Shown in pieces: positions 1 to 6,622 of a stretch of DNA of 20,000 nucleotides (its first letter is position 1; every line of letters starts with the position of its first letter). A program made the translations under genes and the position numbers. Below the pieces are notes generated by a model. The model searched no databases, was not told where the DNA came from, and saw nothing but the letters and a program-made list of their open reading frames with translations. The stretch is from IMG/VR virus record IMGVR_UViG_3300044513_001424, one strand, 5' to 3'. The DNA comes from an uncultured virus (IMG/VR IMGVR_UViG_3300044513_001424) (lineage: Duplodnaviria > Heunggongvirae > Uroviricota > Caudoviricetes).

Positions 1-2
1 TG

Positions 3-164
3 AGAGATTTGGTAGAAGCATATGAGGTAGGGACTGATGAGTACAGAGAGTATGTGCAAGCATTTACTCCTGGTCAGTCTATTAAGAAATTTGGTCAACC
101 AAAGAAAAGAATTAAACCCACTATCACGCCATCTAAACCAAACGATCCCCCACATTCTATATGA
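3..164 (+). CDS. Partial CDS (C-terminus only); possibly the cyanophage cytidylyltransferase-like protein
   Basis: Open frame 3 from the window start: RDLVEAYEVGTDEYREYVQAFTPGQSIKKFGQPKKRIKPTITPSKPNDPPHSI*. Its TGA (162-164) overlaps the next ATG (ATGA). The product guess rests on recalled similarity of the 'VGT..Y...TPG' tail and on gene context. Confidence 0.5.
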   Translation, partial: RDLVEAYEVGTDEYREYVQAFTPGQSIKKFGQPKKRIKPTITPSKPNDPPHSI

Positions 165-715
165 TACCTGAAGGACTGATTTATACTAATCTCTTTGAAA
201 TTAAAATCTTCAAGTACACAATCCCAGATTGGCAAACAAAGAAAAAAGTTATTCTAGATCTAGTAAATGAGACTGGTCTAGAGTATAAGGGTGGTTGTGG
301 AACTGATTACTATAGTGGCAGAGGACGAGCACCTTATTTTGATAAGTGGTACGGCCTTTTAAAAGAAGACTTTGATAGGGTTCTTCCTACTTTTGGGTTG
401 CCTCTCGCGCCTCCAGAAACCTGGCAGATTTGGACACAAACATATCATCGTGGAGATTATCATGCTTTCCATAATCATGGAACAGCAAATCTCTCTGCAG
501 TCTTATACCTAGAGTTTGATCCTAACGAACATCAGACCACAGTATTCACTAGTCCATATCCAGATCCTTTCTTTGGAACTTTGTTTGATCGTAATGTTCC
601 AGATGTTCAGGAAGGTGATATTATTTTCTTCCCAGCAATGTTGGGACATCAATGTGTCCCTCAGACTTCTGATAAACCTAGAACGGTCATGTCTTTCAAT
701 ATACCGCTTACATAA
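161..715 (+). CDS. Putative 2OG-Fe(II) oxygenase (HxH type, TIGR02466/2OG-FeII_Oxy_5-like)
   Basis: Motifs YHAFHNH, LSAVLYL, EGDIIFFPAMLGH and RTVMSFN give the HxH...H iron ligands and the R-x-x-x-S 2OG-binding strand. The family is common in cyanomyoviruses. Confidence 0.85.
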   Translation: MIPEGLIYTNLFEIKIFKYTIPDWQTKKKVILDLVNETGLEYKGGCGTDYYSGRGRAPYFDKWYGLLKEDFDRVLPTFGLPLAPPETWQIWTQTYHRGDYHAFHNHGTANLSAVLYLEFDPNEHQTTVFTSPYPDPFFGTLFDRNVPDVQEGDIIFFPAMLGHQCVPQTSDKPRTVMSFNIPLT

Positions 716-718
716 ATA
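711..718 (+). promoter_or_regulatory. T4-type late promoter (gp55), CATAAATA
   Basis: NATAAATA overlapping the upstream TAA stop, 35 nt before the ATG at 753. Confidence 0.8.
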
Positions 719-752
719 AATCTAGGAAAAGCAGTCTTTTGTTGAAAAACCC

Positions 753-2372
753 ATGGCCGATAAGAACCTAGAGGACCTTTATAAGTCTATTTACGAAAAG
801 AAATCAGACAAAGATTACGACGGTGACGGTAAAGTTGAGAGCGGTTCTAAGGAACATGCAGGTGCCGTTCACAATGCAATCCAAAAAAAGAAAGGTCTGA
901 AGCCTGATGGTCAAGACACCCGTAAAGAAGAGGTAGAAGAATACGTTGACTTCCTTATTGATGAAGGATACGACTGCTCCGAACTCACATGGGAAGACAT
1001 GTTTGAAGAGTATGAGTCTCTAGATGAGGGTCTTCGCTCTGCAGTTAAGAGACTTCTTGGTAAGAAGGAAGCTCCTGCTGAGAAGAAACCTGAGAGCAGA
1101 GGCGAACAACTGCGTAAGAAGTATAACGTTGGTCCTGAGAAGTCTGACACTTCTGCCAAGAGACAGATCCTTGATCGCACTCGTGCTAAGAAAGAGAGAG
1201 ATCAGAAGGAGTATGGTGGTTCTCACTACTCCAAGTCTGTTGCTAAGAAGTCTGCTGATGCACATGACCGTTACCTGAGATCAGGTTACAGCAAGTATGG
1301 TGCTGATGACCGCCGTGGTAGTGGTAACAAAGCACGCAAGAGAGCAGAAGCACTTAAGAAGGAAGACCTAGAAATGACTGGGTTATTCCTAGATTGGGAA
1401 ATCGATTCAATCCTAGAAGTTTTCAACGAAGGTGTACGTGACACCGATCCCGAAAAGGGAACTGCTGAACGCAAGGAGCGTCTTGAAAAGAAAAGAGGAA
1501 TGAAACTTGATGATCATCCTCAGTATAAAAAGGAAGAAACTGAGTATGTAGACGAGAACCGTCGTGCTGCCCGTGCTGCTGGTGGTTCCAAGGATGACTC
1601 CAAGAAGCAACCAGATCCTTCTAAGGATGGTTTCACTGGTATCGGTAACATGAGCATCGACCAGATCCGTAAGATGTCTGCTCGTATTGAGAAGGAAAAG
1701 ACTAAGAAGGAAGAGGTTGAGATTATTTTGGGTGAAGAGCAACTTGATGAAGTCAGTCTCAAAACTAAAATGTCTGCTTTCAAAAAAAGAGCAACAGATG
1801 AGTTTGAAAGTGATGGTGATAATCCAAAAAATTACACCAAAAGTGGTGCAAGTAAAGCAGATAAAACCAAAGCAAATATCGTCAAGAAGCACGGTAAAAC
1901 AGCAGGAGAGCACGCAGAAAGAGCAGCACATGCTGGAATCTTTGGTCGCAAGAGTTTCTCTATGCCCAAGAAACCAACAAAGGAAGAGTTTGAGATCGAA
2001 GAGGGTATGAAGGCAGCACGTGCTAACGTCGGTGCTTCTACCTGCTGGGATGGTTACGAAGCAAAGGGAACCAAGAAGAAAGGCGGTGAGGAAGTTCCTA
2101 ACTGTGTGAAGAAGGAAGAGACCTCCTGGGCAACTCGTTCTAAGGTTGAGTTCTCCAAACCAGAAGTTGTTGAAGAGGAAGGTATTTCTGAAGAACAGAT
2201 CCAAGAGGTTGCACCTGCAATCGCTGCTGCTCTACCTGCATTGAAAGGAGCTGCAATGAGAGTCGCTGCATCCCAAACTGCTAGAATGGCTGCAAAACAA
2301 GTTGGTAAGTCTGCCGTTAAGGGTGCTGCTAACAAACTATCTAACAAACTGAATCCTGGAGAGGAGGCTTGA
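753..2372 (+). CDS. Lys/Glu-rich modular protein; putative internal head (capsid cargo) polyprotein
   Basis: 539-aa ORF directly behind a late promoter. Basic segments alternate with acidic KEE...[ILVF]xE linkers. Confidence 0.75.
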   Translation: MADKNLEDLYKSIYEKKSDKDYDGDGKVESGSKEHAGAVHNAIQKKKGLKPDGQDTRKEEVEEYVDFLIDEGYDCSELTWEDMFEEYESLDEGLRSAVKRLLGKKEAPAEKKPESRGEQLRKKYNVGPEKSDTSAKRQILDRTRAKKERDQKEYGGSHYSKSVAKKSADAHDRYLRSGYSKYGADDRRGSGNKARKRAEALKKEDLEMTGLFLDWEIDSILEVFNEGVRDTDPEKGTAERKERLEKKRGMKLDDHPQYKKEETEYVDENRRAARAAGGSKDDSKKQPDPSKDGFTGIGNMSIDQIRKMSARIEKEKTKKEEVEIILGEEQLDEVSLKTKMSAFKKRATDEFESDGDNPKNYTKSGASKADKTKANIVKKHGKTAGEHAERAAHAGIFGRKSFSMPKKPTKEEFEIEEGMKAARANVGASTCWDGYEAKGTKKKGGEEVPNCVKKEETSWATRSKVEFSKPEVVEEEGISEEQIQEVAPAIAAALPALKGAAMRVAASQTARMAAKQVGKSAVKGAANKLSNKLNPGEEA

Positions 2373-2376
2373 TCCA

Positions 2377-4419
2377 ATGAGGACGTTCGTAGATCTCTAT
2401 GAAGCAGCCTCCGCCGCAAGATTAGCAGCAGGTGCTGCAAGGCAAGCAGCTGCTGATAAACAACAGAAAAGGTTGAAGACTGCCAAATTGGCAACTAAGG
2501 CTGCTCAACAATTGAAGTCAGTAAAGTCTCAACCAGCATCCTCTGGTCCCCAGAGAGATCCTAAGGTTGTTGCTGCTCTTAAGAATGTTCCTGTGAGTAA
2601 GAAACCTACTCCTGGTAAGGAATCTCAACAGTTCGTTGACAAGACCAAATCTGCAATGCAGTCTGGTCAGAAGGCTGATGCTGCGGCTGCAAAGAAACAA
2701 AGTCTTGCTGCTAAAATGGAGAGAAAGAAAAATCTCCAAGCAAAGAAGACTGAACTTCAGAAAAAGAAAAAGGCTGGTGAAGAGAAGAAGGCTAAAATCA
2801 ACACTGCATTAGCAAAAGCAACTAGTGGACCACGGGCATCCAGTGGATCCAGTATGGAAACTGGTGGTGCATCTGCAGACAAAGCTGCACTACAGAGCGC
2901 AGGTCAGGCAGCTAGTGGAGCTGCATCTGCTGCATCTACAGCTCTCGGTCTAGATAAGAAGATGGAGAGACTGAGAAAGAACATTGGCAATAGACTTAAT
3001 CCAAAGAGAAAGAAAGGTCTTGCAACTGGTGCTGCTTCGACAGGTAGAAACGAAATGAGAAACAAGTCAACTAAACCCGCAGATCCTTGGAAAAAGACTC
3101 CAAAGGATAGTGATCCTTGGAAAGAAGAGTTCTCTCATTGGAGAGAGGAGTTTATCTTTGAGGTAGACGATAAAGTTCCTACCAAGAAAGAGAAGACAAT
3201 CCAACCTATGTCTGGTAAGAACACTATCATTATCAATCCTGACTCTATGCAGGAAGCGCACAAGAAAGATCATACATATCTGGAAACGGATATGAAGAAG
3301 CGCAAGAAGAATAATGAGAAGGCGATTGCTGACATGAAGAAAGTGAAGGACGATACTGTTCCTCGCTGGATGAGAGAAGGTTCTGACTGGAGATCTGAAC
3401 TTGGACTTGAAGAGGGTGTGCTTGATGACGCTCTGAAAACTGATAAGAAGATGGGTGAGTTGCACAAGAAAGTTGATAATGATGTCAAGCGAATGAAGGC
3501 TGGCAAAAAGTTCAAGGAAGAAGTAGAGCAGGTTGAAGAGTTGACAGATCTTCAGAGGAGAAGATATCTTGGTAGAAAACCAGGAGAGTCTAAGGAAAGA
3601 CTCAAGACATCCAACGAAAGAAAGGACAAGAAGGCTGCCCTTGCTGCTATGATGAAGCAGTATAAAGGAATGAAGGCAGGTATCTATAGTTCTTATGAAC
3701 CTGAAGGAGAACAACTTCAAGAAAGACCTTACCAAGTGATGGGTTATGATAAGGAAGGTGGAAAGGAGAAGAAGGTTGGCAAACCAGTAAAGAGTAAAAA
3801 GTATGCTGACGCAAGAGCATCAGAACTTTCTGATACTCATAAGGCAACTGGTGGTAAGTATCGTTCTGAGTACACCGAAGAGTTTGTTGATGAAGCTAAG
3901 AAAGGACTCTGGGACAACATCCATGCAAGACGCAAGGCAGGTAAACCCAAAAGAAAGCCTGGTGATAAAAACTATCCTGAAACTTTAAATGTAGAAGGTG
4001 TAATGCCTGCATCGATCGACCCTGCAAAACATAGAGTCGCACAGAAAGCAACCAAAATCAGAAACCTGATGAAGGGTGCTGCAACTGCTGGTGAAAAAGA
4101 AGCCGCAAGAAGAAAGACCAGAGGACCCGCTCTGGCAGGAGAACACTATGATTGGAGAGGGGAACTTGGTGAAGGAGCAGCATGGACAAAAAAGTCTGGT
4201 AAGTCGGAAGCAGGAGGACTTAATGAGAAAGGACGCAAGTCTTATGAGGGAGAAAACCCTGGAAGCGATCTTAAAGCTCCCTCAAAGAAGGTCGGAAATC
4301 CCAGACGGGCATCCTTCTGTGCAAGGATGAAAGGTATGAAGTCTAAATTGACTTCTAAGAAGACTGCTTCTGATCCAGATTCTAGAATTAATAAGTCCCT
4401 TAGAGCTTGGAATTGTTGA
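2377..4419 (+). CDS. Lys/Ala-rich modular protein; putative internal head polyprotein with a C-terminal DUF6321-like module
   Basis: 680-aa ORF starting 4 nt after the previous stop. Leader MRTFVDLYE, repeated acidic linkers, and a C-terminal AAW..GGLNEKGR..SFCARM..RINKSLRAWNC module (family name from recall). Confidence 0.75.
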   Translation: MRTFVDLYEAASAARLAAGAARQAAADKQQKRLKTAKLATKAAQQLKSVKSQPASSGPQRDPKVVAALKNVPVSKKPTPGKESQQFVDKTKSAMQSGQKADAAAAKKQSLAAKMERKKNLQAKKTELQKKKKAGEEKKAKINTALAKATSGPRASSGSSMETGGASADKAALQSAGQAASGAASAASTALGLDKKMERLRKNIGNRLNPKRKKGLATGAASTGRNEMRNKSTKPADPWKKTPKDSDPWKEEFSHWREEFIFEVDDKVPTKKEKTIQPMSGKNTIIINPDSMQEAHKKDHTYLETDMKKRKKNNEKAIADMKKVKDDTVPRWMREGSDWRSELGLEEGVLDDALKTDKKMGELHKKVDNDVKRMKAGKKFKEEVEQVEELTDLQRRRYLGRKPGESKERLKTSNERKDKKAALAAMMKQYKGMKAGIYSSYEPEGEQLQERPYQVMGYDKEGGKEKKVGKPVKSKKYADARASELSDTHKATGGKYRSEYTEEFVDEAKKGLWDNIHARRKAGKPKRKPGDKNYPETLNVEGVMPASIDPAKHRVAQKATKIRNLMKGAATAGEKEAARRKTRGPALAGEHYDWRGELGEGAAWTKKSGKSEAGGLNEKGRKSYEGENPGSDLKAPSKKVGNPRRASFCARMKGMKSKLTSKKTASDPDSRINKSLRAWNC

Positions 4420-4420
4420 T

Positions 4421-4741
4421 ATGAAATCATACAGAGAGTTTATGTCCGAGAGTGTTAATATCTCTGGGGACTTTAATGGCAATTTGTATATGAACTCTGC
4501 TCCTCAACCAGAAGAGGTTGGGGAACAGTTCTGTGCTGACATTCTATATCAGGGAAGTCTGCATAGACTGAACATGAGAACTCAATCTGGTATTCCTACT
4601 AGAGAGGAGTTAGGCGAACACATTCAGTCTAAGTATCCTGGTGCAATTGTTCAGACAATTTATACGATTGATACTAAGAGTTCTCCTTACGAAGTACAAG
4701 ACGCTAAGAGATATCATCCTGGCAAATTAGATTGGATTTGA
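4421..4741 (+). CDS. Hypothetical protein with an N-terminal capsid-targeting-like sequence
   Basis: 106 aa, tightly coupled to both neighbours. N-terminus MKSYREFMSE resembles the T4 internal-protein CTS MKTYQEFIAE. Confidence 0.75.
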   Translation: MKSYREFMSESVNISGDFNGNLYMNSAPQPEEVGEQFCADILYQGSLHRLNMRTQSGIPTREELGEHIQSKYPGAIVQTIYTIDTKSSPYEVQDAKRYHPGKLDWI

Positions 4742-4742
4742 C

Positions 4743-6017
4743 ATGGCACAGTGGAATAAGAACACACAGGACTTTCTAAACCAAGAGAGGACTCTATTTG
4801 AGGTATTCAATATTGCCGACCATTGGGGTCAGCAAACTAACTGGGTGCCACAGTTTACTGGTAAGAATAGATTTAAGGTATCTCCATATCAGACATCATT
4901 CTTTAACACATTCCAGTATGGTCTAGAAACTGATGTTTGGGAAACCAGCACTACGGGCACTGCTTCTGCTGTTCATAATCCCAATTCTTCCAATGTCACA
5001 ATGTCAGTTGGCAGCACTGCTGGTGACAAAGTAATCAGACAAACTCGCCAGGTAATGAGATACATTCCTGGTAGGGTATCACTGGTATCTTTTGCTATTC
5101 GTTTGGAGACTCCAGTAGCAGGAGTTCGTAGAAGATTTGGTGTATTTGATGGTAATAATGGTGCCTACTTTGAGGATGATGGTAGCACATATTCTTGTGT
5201 TCTTCGTAGTAAAGCATCTGGTAGTGTAGTAGAAACCAGAGTAACCAGAGATAACTGGAATGGTGACAAGTTAGACGGTAACGGATATAGTCAAATCACT
5301 GTTGATCCAGAAGCAATCCAGATGATTAACATTGAGTATGAATGGTATGGTGCTGGACAAGTAGTTTTCAGTTATACCATCGCTGGCGAAACTCACGTCA
5401 TTCATAAGTTTAACACTGCAAACTATATCGATAGTGTTTGGTGCTCCACTCCATTCCTTCCAATCAGATGCGAGTTAGAGAATGTAACTGGTGCTGCTGG
5501 AACTCATTACATCTATCAAGGTTCTAACTCTCTCACCCAAGAAGGTGAACCAGAGAAACTCGGTACACTGATTAGTTATGCCAACCCCATCACTGGCACT
5601 ACACTGACAGCAGCAAATACATTCTATCCTGTCATGAGTTTGCGTCTAAAAGCTGGTGCTTTGGCAGGTATCGTGTTGCCAAGGTCTCTACAGGTAGCAA
5701 CAAACGACAACACGAATGTATTCTGGAGACTGGTTGAGAATCCGACTCTTACTGGAGCAAATTGGATAAATCACCCAAACCCAGATGCAATCACTCAAGT
5801 TGATACAACTGCGACTGATGCTACTGGTGGTGTAGTTATTCTCTCAGGTTTTACAGTTGGTGGTGGTGCTAGTCTGATTGAACTTGACGACAAGGCAGCA
5901 CTACAGATTGGCAGAAGTTCTTTGGGAACTGTGAGTGATATATACACTCTAGAGTGTGCCTCTCCCAACACTAACAAAGCAGCACTGGCAGTTCTTAACT
6001 GGTTGGAACAGAGATGA
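4743..6017 (+). CDS. Putative virion structural protein (beta-rich)
   Basis: 424 aa, rich in Thr/Gly/Val, last gene of the late operon. No catalytic motif recognised. Confidence 0.6.
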   Translation: MAQWNKNTQDFLNQERTLFEVFNIADHWGQQTNWVPQFTGKNRFKVSPYQTSFFNTFQYGLETDVWETSTTGTASAVHNPNSSNVTMSVGSTAGDKVIRQTRQVMRYIPGRVSLVSFAIRLETPVAGVRRRFGVFDGNNGAYFEDDGSTYSCVLRSKASGSVVETRVTRDNWNGDKLDGNGYSQITVDPEAIQMINIEYEWYGAGQVVFSYTIAGETHVIHKFNTANYIDSVWCSTPFLPIRCELENVTGAAGTHYIYQGSNSLTQEGEPEKLGTLISYANPITGTTLTAANTFYPVMSLRLKAGALAGIVLPRSLQVATNDNTNVFWRLVENPTLTGANWINHPNPDAITQVDTTATDATGGVVILSGFTVGGGASLIELDDKAALQIGRSSLGTVSDIYTLECASPNTNKAALAVLNWLEQR

Positions 6018-6053
6018 TTAACTATTGTTTCGCAACACTTAAGCAATAGTTAA
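6018..6053. repeat. Inverted repeat / stem-loop
   Basis: TTAACTATTG (6018-6027) and CAATAGTTAA (6044-6053) are perfect 10-bp arms, extendable to 13 bp with one G-U pair. Confidence 0.8.
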
Positions 6054-6109
6054 AATAAGTACAATTTATAACACAAATTAGGTATTTTTTGTATGTAAAT
6101 ACCCATATT

Positions 6110-6127
6110 GTTACACAAATTTACACA
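6110..6127 (+). promoter_or_regulatory. HLR1-like (RpaB-type) direct repeat
   Basis: GTTACACA-AA-TTTACACA versus consensus KTTACAWW-N2-KTTACAWW, one mismatch per half-site. Confidence 0.4.
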
Positions 6128-6133
6128 CAAAAC

Positions 6134-6141
6134 AATAAATA
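6134..6141 (+). promoter_or_regulatory. T4-type late promoter AATAAATA
   Basis: NATAAATA in the intergenic region upstream of the ATG at 6175. The AT-rich context raises the chance of a random match. Confidence 0.55.
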
Positions 6142-6145
6142 CGAT

Positions 6146-6151
6146 TATAAT
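6146..6151 (+). promoter_or_regulatory. sigma70-type -10 element TATAAT
   Basis: Perfect TATAAT 23 nt upstream of the ATG at 6175. No canonical -35 at 17-bp spacing; the HLR1-like repeat occupies that position. Confidence 0.55.
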
Positions 6152-6174
6152 GGTACATGTTGATACTCTAAGCT

Positions 6175-6375
6175 ATGTACGTTTTTTACGTCCTAGTTGC
6201 CTTCTTTCTCATCCTTGTGGCTTATGCGGGGTGGGAGGAGACAATGCGTCTAATTGCTTTTGTTGAGTTACAAGTGAAGTATGCATATGTGAGAGTTAGA
6301 ATGTATCAAATGAAAAAGAGACTCGAAAGAGAACTCAACTTACCCGCAAAAGATTGGAGGGACTTTGATGTCTGA
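6175..6375 (+). CDS. Small membrane-anchored hypothetical protein
   Basis: 66 aa with a hydrophobic N-terminal helix (YVFYVLVAFFLILVAYAG). Confidence 0.7.
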   Translation: MYVFYVLVAFFLILVAYAGWEETMRLIAFVELQVKYAYVRVRMYQMKKRLERELNLPAKDWRDFDV

Positions 6376-6601
6376 TACAAAAACTTGTAAGAAATGTGGT
6401 GCTACATGGATAGATGGTCAGCACTACTGGTCTGGTACGGGAAAGTTGGGGAATGAGTTGGATCTTGCTGGTTTGGTGTGTAATCGTCTTGGTGATGACA
6501 ATTGCATCAATCCTTTAAGAGGAAAGGATGGCGGTGATACCTGGGAAGCTAGGATGGGAGTCATCAAGGGAATTGTGGAAGAAGAGGAAGAGAATAAATA
6601 A
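6368..6601 (+). CDS. Small Cys-rich (CxxC...C...C) hypothetical protein, possibly metal-binding
   Basis: MSDTKTCKKCGATWIDGQHYW...DLAGLVCN...CINP..GGDTW. RBS-like GGAGG at about 6356-6360, before the ATG at 6368. Confidence 0.8.
   Translation: MSDTKTCKKCGATWIDGQHYWSGTGKLGNELDLAGLVCNRLGDDNCINPLRGKDGGDTWEARMGVIKGIVEEEEENK
6593..6600 (+). promoter_or_regulatory. T4-type late promoter AATAAATA
   Basis: Overlaps the upstream stop codon, 22 nt before the ATG at 6623. Confidence 0.8.
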
Positions 6602-6622
6602 AAGAAACCATCTTTTATTACA

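Noticed and set aside
1413..2204. 263-aa minus-strand ORF, plus those at 3067-3735 and 2054-2494
   Set aside because: Antisense shadows of Lys/Glu-rich + strand genes. The Phe/Leu-rich translation mirrors AAG/GAA codons, and there is no promoter or RBS support.
3082..3123. 12-bp direct repeat GATCCTTGGAAA, 30 nt apart
   Set aside because: An in-frame micro-duplication (DPWK twice) with only two copies. Not CRISPR-like and not a target-site duplication.
6018..6053. Intrinsic terminator call for the inverted repeat
   Set aside because: The stem is AU-rich and there is no downstream U-tract on either strand. Kept only as a stem-loop.
6091..6125. NtcA site (GTA-N8-TAC)
   Set aside because: Candidates have the wrong spacing (GTA-N6-TAC at 6091-6102; GTT-N9-TAC at 6110-6124).
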